Of a DNA stretch of 64,000 nucleotides, positions 8,346-17,577 are shown in pieces. The DNA is taken from the NCBI GenBank assembly GCA_022820805.1, contig JAJEEV010000013.1, positions 16,967 to 80,966 on the forward strand, in the 5' to 3' direction. Under the pieces are notes generated by a model. It worked only from the letters and a program-made list of their open reading frames with translations, searched no databases and was not told where the DNA came from. Both the position numbers and the translations under genes were made by a program. How positions within the stretch are numbered: position 1 is the first letter of the stretch; every line of letters begins with the position of its first letter. This stretch comes from Acidimicrobiia bacterium. GTDB lineage: Bacteria > Actinomycetota > Acidimicrobiia > Acidimicrobiales > Aldehydirespiratoraceae.

Positions 8346-9317
8346 TTAGGGGGCGGCTGCTATTACTGTCCAGTCGAGGATCTTTTCGGGGTCTTTGGGG
8401 CGGTGGGCGAAGGCCTCTACTTGGACCGCGAAGACCCGGCCTGTTGCGGCTGGGGCGGTGTCTCGGAGGGTGTGGCGGAAGGAGACTTGGTCTCCTTCGA
8501 AGGCGGGGGCGGTGTGGTCGCACGAGTGCCAACCGACGACGGTGGCCATTCCGGGCAGGACTCTTGACAAGGATGCTCCGGCCAGGCCGACGATGTGGCC
8601 GCCGTACAGCAGGCGCTGGGGGTAGGAGGACTCGGCCGCGTCGCGGTGGATGAGGGCCAGGTTGTTGGTGAGACGCACTAGCGCCAGTGCGTTGTCGACG
8701 ACGTCGCGGGTTGGGTCGGTGATGGTGTCGCCCGGCTCCCAGGCGGTTCCGGGACCTAGGGGGCCGAAGTCCCAGCTCTCGGGGACCAGCGCCGCGTAGG
8801 AGGGGAGATCCAGTGGGGCGGCCGTTCCTAGGCTGTCGGAGTGGCCGGGCTGATCGCTGGTTGCCTGGGGGAGGAGGGGGGCCCGCTGGTAGGTGATGGC
8901 CGGTTCGCCGTCGGCGGTGGTGACGATGTCGACGAGCACCTTGCCGCGGTGGGGCCGGCCCGGCCGGGGACGGCTGTCGGCGAGGGCGGTGACGGTGACG
9001 GTGGTGGCAAGGCGTTGCCCGATGAGCACGGGCTTGAGCAGCCTCAGGTCGCGGTAGAAGAGGTTGGCGATCGCCCGGCGGGTCAGGGTGGTGCTGTGCC
9101 CGATGGACAGGTGCAGCGCCAGCGCGGGGCTGGCCAGACGGCCGGGGCGGCCGGTGACGGCCGCGCACACCTCGGGGTCCATCACCATCGGCAGCCGCTC
9201 GCCCATCATCGACTGGTAGAGCGCGGCCATTCCCTCGTCGACCACCACCGACGGCTGGCGGGGCAGCACCTGGCCGACGCTTAGATCCTCGTAGTAGGGG
9301 CCGTCGAGCGGGATCAC
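8346..9317 (-). CDS. double hot-dog MaoC-like acyl dehydratase / enoyl-CoA hydratase
   Basis: 323 aa with two hot-dog-like halves; the C-terminal half has YGGHIVGLAG...GDQVSF. GTG start. Confidence 0.7.
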   Translation of the reverse strand: MIPLDGPYYEDLSVGQVLPRQPSVVVDEGMAALYQSMMGERLPMVMDPEVCAAVTGRPGRLASPALALHLSIGHSTTLTRRAIANLFYRDLRLLKPVLIGQRLATTVTVTALADSRPRPGRPHRGKVLVDIVTTADGEPAITYQRAPLLPQATSDQPGHSDSLGTAAPLDLPSYAALVPESWDFGPLGPGTAWEPGDTITDPTRDVVDNALALVRLTNNLALIHRDAAESSYPQRLLYGGHIVGLAGASLSRVLPGMATVVGWHSCDHTAPAFEGDQVSFRHTLRDTAPAATGRVFAVQVEAFAHRPKDPEKILDWTVIAAAP

Positions 9318-9344
9318 GGCACGCAGGCTACGACCCGCCGGAGG

Positions 9345-10280
9345 TCATAGCCGCTTCGAGAGAATGGCCGCGCCGTCGGCAGTGACGTGGACCACATCGC
9401 GGCGGTCGCCGTCGGAGACGCTGAGGACCATGCCGGCCTCAAGCTGCTCGCCGAGACCGATCTGGGGGCCGATGACGGGTTGCTCGAAACCCATGCCGAG
9501 GCCCCGAACCAGCCAGTCGGGGGAGGTCGCGGCGGTGGATAGGTCGTTATGGGATGCGTCGGCACGGCAGGCCTGGGTCAGGGCGGCGGAACCGGCGCGG
9601 CGGCTGTCGACGAACAGGCCGCCCACTCCCCCCTCGTACAGGTCGCGGATGACCCCCACGTCCACGGCAAGCCCGCCGTCGCGGCGCTCAGCCTGCACAC
9701 CTGACGACGGGACGGTGACGCCCCCGGCGGCCAGTGCCGCGATGGCGGCTGCGGCCGGGTCGGCGCCGTCTCGGGCCGCGACCGCGGCGTCCACGCCGGC
9801 GGCGGCTGCGGCGCAGGCGCCGGCGATGGCCTCGATCTCGGCTGGGAGTTTGTGGCGGCGGACGCCGGCCATCAGGTTGTCGGCCGCCACGACCTCGGCC
9901 CGGGGGGCGAAATGGGATGCGGCTCGCTGGAACGACGGTGTCAGCTCGTCCACACCGATCAGGCGAGATTCGGCGAGACCGTCGATGGCGGCCATGGACT
10001 CGGCCATGATCCGCGGATTCCAGGTGAGCGGGTAGAGGTCGTCGAAGCTCATCGGGGGCTCGATGCCGTCGTCCCAGCTCGACAGGGCGTGGACCCGCCC
10101 GGTGGCTCCCACCACGATGCAGCCCGCGCCGAAGGGCCGGGTGCCCGCGGTCCACAGCCGCCGCATCCCGCAGGCGTAGCCGGTGTTGTCCTGGCGCCCC
10201 AGCACCAGCACGTCGAGGCCGGCCGCAGCCATGGCACCCAGCACCCGGTCCCGACGGGCCAGCACGAGATCGTCGCTCAT
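9345..10280 (-). CDS. M24 (creatinase/prolidase) fold protein, degenerate metal site
   Basis: Start is the internal ATG at 10280 (MSDDLVLARRDRVLGAMAAAGLDVLVL), overlapping the upstream stop as ATGA. The pita-bread domain is recognisable but H and E ligands appear substituted (VRGLGMGFEQP, MVLSVSDG). Confidence 0.7.
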   Translation of the reverse strand: MSDDLVLARRDRVLGAMAAAGLDVLVLGRQDNTGYACGMRRLWTAGTRPFGAGCIVVGATGRVHALSSWDDGIEPPMSFDDLYPLTWNPRIMAESMAAIDGLAESRLIGVDELTPSFQRAASHFAPRAEVVAADNLMAGVRRHKLPAEIEAIAGACAAAAAGVDAAVAARDGADPAAAAIAALAAGGVTVPSSGVQAERRDGGLAVDVGVIRDLYEGGVGGLFVDSRRAGSAALTQACRADASHNDLSTAATSPDWLVRGLGMGFEQPVIGPQIGLGEQLEAGMVLSVSDGDRRDVVHVTADGAAILSKRL

Positions 10281-11470
10281 GTGCGGAACGGCTCGTAGTG
10301 GTGGCCCCCGCCGAGGGCGCGCCAGCCATCTCCGGTGACGGCCACGATCTCCTCGGCCCGGTAGCCGCCCACGCCGTCGGACCAGACGACCGGCTCGAAC
10401 ACCAGCACCATGCCCTCCTCCAGCGGGTAGCCGTCGTCGAAGCCCGGGCCCAGGTCGGTGCCGATCATGGGCATCTCCGCGCTCTCGAGGCCGGTTCCGT
10501 GGGCCAGGTAGAACTGCGGCAGCCACGGGGTCTCCTCCGGCTCGACCGCCCGGGCCGCCCGGCCGACGTCGCCGAGGGTGGCTCCGGGCCGTACCGCCGC
10601 CAGCGACGCGTGCAGCACCGCCATCCAACGCTCGAACAGCGACCGCTCGGCCGGGGTCGGATCCCGTCCCACCACCCAGGTGCGGCCGAAGTCGGACATG
10701 TAGCCGTGCCAGCCCACCCCGGCGTCCACCCACACCAGGTCGCCGGCCGCGAAGACGGGATCGTCGACCCCGGTGGGGAAGGCCACATGACCGGTGGACG
10801 TGCGGGGACCGCCGTCGCGGCGCGCCGGCATCGGCTGGAAGATCGGGTCGATCACGTTGCGATGGTCCGAACCCGGATCCGGGTCGCCGTGGCGCAGGGC
10901 CGCCAGGAATGCGCCGGCCACCTCGGACCGGGTGGCACCGGGAACGCAGGCCGCCTGGGCCGCGACCATCGCACGCTCGGTGTGCCGCTGGGACCGGTCG
11001 ATGCAGTCCAGCTCGTCGGCGGTCTTCACCACCCGGGCCGGACCCAGCACCCGGCCGGCGTCGACCAGCTCGGCGCGGTCGAGCACCCCGGCGCGGGCCA
11101 TGGCGCCGGTGATCCCGTCCACCGCGATCCTGCGGCCGGCCACATCCCCCAGCACCTCGGCGACGGCCGCCCCGACTGCGGCCGCGCCGTCATCGAGCTC
11201 GGGCCACAGCGGATCTCCCAACTCGGCGACACTCGACGCGGCCGCGTCGACCGAGTCGTGGGCATGCAACCCGACCGGCCCGTCCGGGCCCACAACGGCG
11301 ACCGCGCGCCGGTGATTGGCGTGGCTGGCGTCGACCGCGGCACCGACGTGGCCGGAGGCGTAGGCGACGTGGGGATCGTGGAGCAGGACCGCGCCGTCCA
11401 CGTCCTGAGCCCGCATCTGGTCGCGCAGGCGGGCCAGCCGCTGTGCCCCCATCCGCCGCAGGTCGACCAC
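10277..11470 (-). CDS. M24 family metallohydrolase (Xaa-Pro peptidase / creatinase / ectoine-hydrolase-like)
   Basis: All five ligand positions are plausible: VWVDAG, SDFGRT, AHGTGLE, LVFEP, YRAEEIV. Confidence 0.85.
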   Translation of the reverse strand: MVDLRRMGAQRLARLRDQMRAQDVDGAVLLHDPHVAYASGHVGAAVDASHANHRRAVAVVGPDGPVGLHAHDSVDAAASSVAELGDPLWPELDDGAAAVGAAVAEVLGDVAGRRIAVDGITGAMARAGVLDRAELVDAGRVLGPARVVKTADELDCIDRSQRHTERAMVAAQAACVPGATRSEVAGAFLAALRHGDPDPGSDHRNVIDPIFQPMPARRDGGPRTSTGHVAFPTGVDDPVFAAGDLVWVDAGVGWHGYMSDFGRTWVVGRDPTPAERSLFERWMAVLHASLAAVRPGATLGDVGRAARAVEPEETPWLPQFYLAHGTGLESAEMPMIGTDLGPGFDDGYPLEEGMVLVFEPVVWSDGVGGYRAEEIVAVTGDGWRALGGGHHYEPFRT

Positions 11471-11523
11471 AGCCGGACGCTACCGAATCCGCGCCCGCGT
11501 CGTCCCGCCTGTCCGCTCGGTCT

Positions 11524-12450
11524 CTAGGAAACGATGAGGGTGTCCTCGCCCATCACGTCGACGCCGGACCGCTGCTCGAAGCCCGGGTGGTTGTCAGCCA
11601 GCTCCGAGGCGGGATCGCCGGCGATCCGGGTGTGCCACATCCTCCGGGGCTCGGTCATGTCGAACGGCGTCCCCCGGTGCATCAGCCGGCGGTTGTCCCA
11701 TAGCGCGGCGTCGCCGACGGTCCAGTGATGGTGATGGATGCGGGGCGGCCGGCAGGCCTCGTCGTTGAGCCCGTCGAGGAACGCCTCCGACTCGTCGTCG
11801 TCCATTCCCACGATCCCGTAGGCATGGCGACCGATGAGCAGGTTGGGCCGGCCCGTCTCGGGATGCACCTTCACCAGCGGCCGCAGCGACGGCTCGAGGT
11901 CGTGGAAGCCGTACATGTCGTAGCCCCCGCCGGAGTTCTTGGTGGGCATGTACCCCGAACGGCCCTGGCTGTAGTAGAGCGAGTGGTAGGCCTGCAGGCC
12001 TCCAAGACGCTTCCGGGTCGCGGAGTCGAGGGCCTCGTAGGCGGCCCGCATGTCGGCCCATCCGGTGGCCCCGCCGCGGCTGGGCACGACCTCGGCGGTG
12101 AACACCGAGCCCTTGGCCTGCAACGGCATGTAGGTGCTGTCGTGATGCCAGCCCTCGTTGCCCCGCAGCGACTTCACCACGTCGTGTCCGGGGTCGTCGA
12201 GAATCCTGCCCTCGGAGTCGACGTTGCTGAAGGCCACCGCCTCGAACTCGAGCGGCCCGAACCGCCGGGCGAAGGCGTTCTGCTCGGCGATGCTCAGGAA
12301 CTGGCCCGGAAAGATCAGCAGGGCGTACTCGAGCCACGTCTCGTGCAGCGCCTCGAAGGCCGGCTCGTCGATGGACCGCAACTCCACCCCGGTGACCACC
12401 GCGCCGAAAGTGGCGTCCAGCGGTTCGATCTCGAACAGGTCGGTAGCCAT
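11524..12450 (-). CDS. TauD/TfdA family Fe(II)/2-oxoglutarate dioxygenase
   Basis: Internal ATG at 12450 (MATDLFEIEPLDATFGAVVTGV); WHHDSTY facial-triad block; ALWDNRRLMHRG. Confidence 0.85.
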   Translation of the reverse strand: MATDLFEIEPLDATFGAVVTGVELRSIDEPAFEALHETWLEYALLIFPGQFLSIAEQNAFARRFGPLEFEAVAFSNVDSEGRILDDPGHDVVKSLRGNEGWHHDSTYMPLQAKGSVFTAEVVPSRGGATGWADMRAAYEALDSATRKRLGGLQAYHSLYYSQGRSGYMPTKNSGGGYDMYGFHDLEPSLRPLVKVHPETGRPNLLIGRHAYGIVGMDDDESEAFLDGLNDEACRPPRIHHHHWTVGDAALWDNRRLMHRGTPFDMTEPRRMWHTRIAGDPASELADNHPGFEQRSGVDVMGEDTLIVS

Positions 12451-12528
12451 GGTTCGGGTGTTCCCTCTTCGCCTCAGGTCGCCGGTCGAGAGGCCATCGA
12501 ATTCTATGAGCGCGTAGAGTGGGCGTTC

Positions 12529-13680
12529 ATGCGGACCGGGGTGTTCCTGTTCGGCGGCGTGGAGTTGGCCGACGCCGGGGCCGGGCCGCCGGTCCCCACC
12601 GACCGGCGCTTCGACCACAAGGAGATCTGGCGGGCCACCGAGCGGATCATCGACATGGCGGTCGCCTGCGACCAGCTGGGCTACGACTCGTACTGGCTGA
12701 CCGAGCACCACTTCCAGCACGAGGGCTACGAGGTGATCCCCAACGGGATCCTGGTCGGAACCATCGTCGCCGAGCGCACCGAGAACATCCGCATCGGCAT
12801 GGCCTTCAACATCGTGCCCCAGTGGCATCCCCTGCGGCTGGCCGAGGACTTCGCCACCTTCCACAACATCTCCGGCGGCCGGGGAATCCTCGGCGTCGGC
12901 CGGGGCACGGTGCCGCGCGAGGCCGAGACGCTGGGCACCAAGATCGGCAGCTTCGACAACCCCGACAAGGCCGCCGCCGACGAACTCAACCGTAAGCAGT
13001 TCGACGAGGCCATGGAAGTGATACAGCTGGCGCTGGACAACGAGTCGTTCAGCTTCCACGGCGACGTCTACGACTTCCCGCCCGCGGGCATCCCCGACCG
13101 GGGCGGGTTCGTCACCGAGCTGTCGCTGGTGCCCCGACCCCTCTACCCCTACGAGATCTGGCAGGCCGCCAAGTCGCCGGCCACCCTCGAGCAGATCCCA
13201 CGCTGCGGCTGGGGCGGCGTGTTCTGGAACTACCACCACTCCTTCATCAAGGAGCGCTGGGAGCAGTTCGCCGAGAGGTACGCGGCCCACCACGGCCGCG
13301 AGCTGGCCCGGGGCGAGAACCGCCTGCTCGTGCAGTGCCTCCGGGTGGAGGATACCTACGAGGAGGCGGTCGTATCGGTGCGCGACGGCCACGACGAGCT
13401 CTGGAAGTTCCTCGGCCCCTACGGCTGGAGCAAGGGCTACATGGGCCCCGACGGGAAGCCGGCCAAGCCGGGGCTGATCCCCACCCTGGAGACGTCCATC
13501 GAGCAGAGGACGTGGCTGGTGGGCAGCCCCGAGCAGGTGGCCGAGGCCATCGAGTGGCGGGACTCAGAGATCGGGCTGGAGAACTTGCTGCTGTTCCCGG
13601 CCATGCCTGGCGACCCCTATGAGAAGGTCGAGGAACAGTTGCACCGCATCGCCGAGGAGGTTCTCCCGCTCCTGTCTTAG
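12529..13680 (+). CDS. LLM-class flavin-dependent oxidoreductase
   Basis: MRTGVFLFGG...GYDSYWLTEHHFQHEGYEV...RIGMAFNIVPQWHPLRLAEDF. Divergent from the tauD-like gene. Confidence 0.85.
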   Translation: MRTGVFLFGGVELADAGAGPPVPTDRRFDHKEIWRATERIIDMAVACDQLGYDSYWLTEHHFQHEGYEVIPNGILVGTIVAERTENIRIGMAFNIVPQWHPLRLAEDFATFHNISGGRGILGVGRGTVPREAETLGTKIGSFDNPDKAAADELNRKQFDEAMEVIQLALDNESFSFHGDVYDFPPAGIPDRGGFVTELSLVPRPLYPYEIWQAAKSPATLEQIPRCGWGGVFWNYHHSFIKERWEQFAERYAAHHGRELARGENRLLVQCLRVEDTYEEAVVSVRDGHDELWKFLGPYGWSKGYMGPDGKPAKPGLIPTLETSIEQRTWLVGSPEQVAEAIEWRDSEIGLENLLLFPAMPGDPYEKVEEQLHRIAEEVLPLLS

Positions 13681-13697
13681 CTACTGAGCAGGCCCTC

Positions 13698-13815
13698 CCG
13701 GCCGGCGGGTCCTGTCGTCGAGCTCCGGTCGAACGACAGGGCTTCGCCCTATCGTCGGTCGCCCGGACTCGCCGCCACCCGCCGGCCTGGCGCTACTGCC
13801 GGCCTGGCGCTACTG
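13698..13815. repeat. intergenic repeat element, family A copy, plus a 17-nt tandem duplication
   Basis: 13698-13787 is CCGGCCGGCGGGTCCTGTCGTCGAGC...ACGACAGGGCTTCGCCCTATCGTCGGTC...CACCCGCCGGCC, with 11-bp perfect terminal inverted repeats. CCGGCCTGGCGCTACTG then occurs twice (13782-13798, 13799-13815). Confidence 0.6.
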
Positions 13816-13876
13816 CTGGTCTGGTTGATTCTTCGTGGGGGTCGTAGGGTCTGGTCAACCCAACGGGAGGCCAATC

Positions 13877-14548
13877 ATGCTGGGACTGTCCGCTGACGAA
13901 CTGCTCACTACTACGCGGGCTGTCCGCAAGCGTCTGGACTTCGACCGGCCGGTCGACCCCGAGCTGATCACCGAGTGCCTGGGCATAGCCCTGCAGGCCC
14001 CCACCGGCGGCAACCTCCAGGACTGGCAGTGGGTGGTGGTGACCGACCCGGCCAAGAAGGCGGCGCTGGCCGGGCTCTACCGCCAGGCGTGGGCGGCCTA
14101 CGTGGAGTCGGACTACTTCCCGACCAACGTCCCGCCCCGACCCGACCCGGTGGTCCAGGCCTCGTTCGAGCGGATCGCGGACTCGGCCCAGTACCTCGCC
14201 GACAACCTCGAGCGGGCGCCGGCGTTCCTGATCCCGTGCCTTTCCGTGAGCCGCGTCGACCGGCCGTCATGGGGCGGGGCCGCGTCGAGGCTCGGATCGG
14301 TGATCCAGGCCTCGTGGAGCTTCATGCTGGCCGCTCGGGAGCGGGGACTGGGCACGTGCTGGACCACGCTGCACCTGGCCTACGAGAAGCAGGCCGCCGA
14401 GATCCTGGGCATCCCCTACGACGAATGCTCACAGGTGGCGCTCATACCCATCGCCCACACCATCGGCACGGACTTCCGGGCGGGGATGCGCAACCCGGTG
14501 TCCGAGGTTCTGCACTGGGACGCCTGGGAGGGCTCCCCGCCGTCCTGA
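13877..14548 (+). CDS. nitroreductase family protein
   Basis: ATG at 13877 is preceded by GGGAGG. TTRAVRKRLDFDRPV...ALQAPTGGNLQDWQWVVV. Confidence 0.85.
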   Translation: MLGLSADELLTTTRAVRKRLDFDRPVDPELITECLGIALQAPTGGNLQDWQWVVVTDPAKKAALAGLYRQAWAAYVESDYFPTNVPPRPDPVVQASFERIADSAQYLADNLERAPAFLIPCLSVSRVDRPSWGGAASRLGSVIQASWSFMLAARERGLGTCWTTLHLAYEKQAAEILGIPYDECSQVALIPIAHTIGTDFRAGMRNPVSEVLHWDAWEGSPPS

Positions 14549-14681
14549 CCCGCACGGAATCTTGGTGCAAGTTCTGGGGACATACGACACAGAACCAACC
14601 CGAGATTTTGCGGGAGCCGCCGTCCCGGGGGCGCGTAGCCTTGCCTATTCGCAGACACACCATCAGGGACGGAGGCGCCTC

Positions 14682-15119
14682 ATGAGCGGCGGCGACGGGA
14701 GCCAGAGCCTGGTCGACGAGAGCGCCATACGCGACCTGGCCGTCCGCTACTGCACGGCGGTGGACCGGCACGACTGGGACCTCCTGGCCAAGCTGTTCCT
14801 GCCCGACGCCACCGTCGCCGTGCCCGGGGCCGACCGGATGAGAGGCGCCGGCGAGATCATGGCCCGCTACCGGCGGGGCCTCTCGAAGTACAGCAGCACG
14901 CACCACCTGGTGACCAACCACGAGATCACCCTCGACGGCGACTCCGCCCGCCACCGCTGCCTGGTGCGAGCCCACCATGCGCGACCCGACGACTCGGGAG
15001 GCACCGCCTTCACCATCGGCGGACACTACGAGGACCAGCTCGTCCGCACACCGCAGGGCTGGAAGTTCAAGCATCGTGAGCTCGTCACCGCCTGGACCGA
15101 GGACGGTGCCGCGTCGTGA
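14682..15119 (+). CDS. SnoaL-like / NTF2-fold protein
   Basis: ATG at 14682 follows GGACGGAGG. IRDLAVRYCTAVDRHDWDLLAKLF. Its stop overlaps the bioA GTG (GTGA). Confidence 0.75.
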   Translation: MSGGDGSQSLVDESAIRDLAVRYCTAVDRHDWDLLAKLFLPDATVAVPGADRMRGAGEIMARYRRGLSKYSSTHHLVTNHEITLDGDSARHRCLVRAHHARPDDSGGTAFTIGGHYEDQLVRTPQGWKFKHRELVTAWTEDGAAS

Positions 15120-16444
15120 AGCAGGACGATGTGACCGAGGGGTCGACTGCGGGCGAGTGGGCCCGGCGCGACGCCGCCGCGGTGTGGCACGGCTTCACCC
15201 AGATGGCCGTCTACGAGCAGTCCACGCCCGTCATCGTGGAACGGGGCGAGGGCAACTACCTCTACGACACCGACGGCCGCCGCTACCTGGACGCCATCTC
15301 GTCGCTGTGGGTGACCACCCTCGGCCACGCCGACCGCGACCTCAACCGGGCCGCCCGCGACCAGCTCGACCTCATCAGCCACTCCACCCTGCTCGGCAAC
15401 GGCAACGTCGCCGCCGTCAGGCTGGCCGAAGCACTCGCCGAGGTCGTGCCGGTGACCGAGCCCCATTTCCTGTTCGCGTCGGACGGGGCGACCGCAGTGG
15501 AGCAGGCCGTCAAGATCGCCTTCCAGTACTGGCACAACCAGGGCGTGACCGACCGCACCGCCTATCTGGCTCTCGGCCAGGCTTACCACGGCGACTCGGT
15601 CGGGTCGCTGTCGGTGGGCGACGGCGGCTTCGGCACCGACCTGTTCGACCCGCTGCGGTTCCCGGTGGTCCGCACCCCGGGATACGACGATCCCGACTGG
15701 GTCGCCAAGGCCGTCGCCGCCGTCGACGAGCATCACCCCACGCTGGCCGCGGCCGTGATCGAGCCCCTCGTCCAGGGCGCGGCCGGCATGCTGGTCACCG
15801 ACCCCGAGCCGGTGGCCGCCTTCGCGGCGGCGGTCCAGGCCCGCGGCATCCCGCTGGTCTGCGACGAGGTGGCCACCGGGTTCGGCCGCACCGGAGCGAT
15901 GTTCGCCAGCGAGCTGTGCGGCATCCGGCCCGACATCATGTGCCTGGGCAAGGGCATCACCGGCGGCTACCTGCCCCTGTCGGCCACCGTGGCCGCCTCC
16001 CACGTATACGAGGCCTTCCTCGGCGAGGACCTGGGGCCGCGCACCTTCTACCACGGCCACTCCTACAGCGGGAACGCCCTGGCCTGCGCGGTGGCCGCCC
16101 GCCACCTGGAACTGCTCGCCGAGCGGGGCCTGATCGAGCGGGCTGCCATCGCGGCCGAGCGTCTCGGGGCAGCACTGGACGCGGTCGCAGCGCTGGACGC
16201 CGTCAAGGAGGTGCGCCGCCGGGGCCTGATGACCGGCGTCGAGCTCGACCCGCCCCCCGGCGCATCGAGATGGGGGCGCAAGGTGTGCGCCGCGGCCGTG
16301 CGGGCCGGCGTGCTGCTGCGACCCCTGGGTGACGTGGTGGTGGTGATGCCCCCGCTGTCGATCACCGACGCCGAGATCGACACGATCGCCCGGACCCTGG
16401 CGGCGGCCGTCGACGAGGTGGCCGCCGAGGAAGCCTCGGCATGA
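15116..16444 (+). CDS. bioA: adenosylmethionine-8-amino-7-oxononanoate aminotransferase
   Basis: WHGFTQM...YLDAISSLWVTTLGH...DEVATGFGRTG. Directly followed by bioF and bioD. Confidence 0.9.
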   Translation: MKQDDVTEGSTAGEWARRDAAAVWHGFTQMAVYEQSTPVIVERGEGNYLYDTDGRRYLDAISSLWVTTLGHADRDLNRAARDQLDLISHSTLLGNGNVAAVRLAEALAEVVPVTEPHFLFASDGATAVEQAVKIAFQYWHNQGVTDRTAYLALGQAYHGDSVGSLSVGDGGFGTDLFDPLRFPVVRTPGYDDPDWVAKAVAAVDEHHPTLAAAVIEPLVQGAAGMLVTDPEPVAAFAAAVQARGIPLVCDEVATGFGRTGAMFASELCGIRPDIMCLGKGITGGYLPLSATVAASHVYEAFLGEDLGPRTFYHGHSYSGNALACAVAARHLELLAERGLIERAAIAAERLGAALDAVAALDAVKEVRRRGLMTGVELDPPPGASRWGRKVCAAAVRAGVLLRPLGDVVVVMPPLSITDAEIDTIARTLAAAVDEVAAEEASA

Positions 16445-17577
16445 CGCCGGACGGCTGGGACGCCATCGCGGACGAGGCTCTGCGAGCCGTGGTCGCCGCC
16501 AACCAGTTGCGCCGGCCCCGGGACCTCGCCAGCGGCGCACCGGCCACGGTGCTGTCGCACACCGGCCAGCCGGTCGTGACGTTCGCCTCCAACGACTATC
16601 TCGGGCTCACCCAGCACCCGGCGGTGCGAGCCGCGGCCCGGGCCGCGGTGGACACCTACGGCGCCGGTTCGGGATCGGCTCGCCTGATCGTGGGGTCCCG
16701 CCCGGTTCACAGCCTGCTGGAGGAGCGCATCTCCGCCTGGCGCGGCACAGAGGCGGCCGTGCTGTTCACCACCGGGTACGCAGCCAACCTGGGCGTTCTC
16801 GCCACGATGGGCCGGTGGGCTTCGCTGATCTGCTCCGATGAGCTCAACCACGCCTCCATCATCGACGGGTGCCGCCTCGCCCGGGCCCCGACCCGCGTCT
16901 ACGCCCACTGCGACGCGGCCGCCGTCGATCGGCTCCTGGCCGGAGCGGGCGGCCCGGGCATTGTGGTCAGCGACTCGGTCTTCTCGATGGACGGCGACCT
17001 CGCCCCGGTGGCGGAGCTCTCCGCGGTGTGCGCCGAGCACGACGCGCTGCTCATACTCGACGACGCCCACCTCGTGCTGGACTGTCTCGAGCCTCTCGAT
17101 CCCGGCTGCCGGGTGCTCAGGGTGGGCACCCTCTCGAAGACGGTCGGGTCGCTGGGAGGCTTCGTGTGCGGGCCCAAGGCCTTCACCGATCTGCTGGTCA
17201 ACCGGGCCCGCTCCTACATCTTCACCACCGCGGCAGCCCCCGCCGCCGCGGCGGCGGCCATCGCCGCCATCGACGTAATCGACTCCGACGAGGGCGACAC
17301 GCTGAAGGCGCGGCTGAGAGCCAACATCGACCGCCTCCGGCCCGGCCATCCCAGCCCCATCATCCCGATCATCGTCGGGGCTGAGGACCAGGCCATCGCC
17401 GCGTCGGAGGCGCTGGCCGCAGAGGGCGTCCTGGTGCCCGCCATCCGGCCCCCGACCGTGCCGGTGGGAACGTCGCGTCTGCGGGTCACCGTCTCGGCCG
17501 CCCACACCGACGACGACCTGAAACGGCTCACCGAAGCCCTCCGCGGCGCGGGAATCGATGCGGGAACCGATGTCTGA
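16441..17577 (+). CDS. bioF: 8-amino-7-oxononanoate synthase
   Basis: SNDYLGL...DSVFSMDGD...GTLSKTVGSLGG (PLP lysine). ATGA overlap with bioA. Confidence 0.9.
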   Translation: MTPDGWDAIADEALRAVVAANQLRRPRDLASGAPATVLSHTGQPVVTFASNDYLGLTQHPAVRAAARAAVDTYGAGSGSARLIVGSRPVHSLLEERISAWRGTEAAVLFTTGYAANLGVLATMGRWASLICSDELNHASIIDGCRLARAPTRVYAHCDAAAVDRLLAGAGGPGIVVSDSVFSMDGDLAPVAELSAVCAEHDALLILDDAHLVLDCLEPLDPGCRVLRVGTLSKTVGSLGGFVCGPKAFTDLLVNRARSYIFTTAAAPAAAAAAIAAIDVIDSDEGDTLKARLRANIDRLRPGHPSPIIPIIVGAEDQAIAASEALAAEGVLVPAIRPPTVPVGTSRLRVTVSAAHTDDDLKRLTEALRGAGIDAGTDV

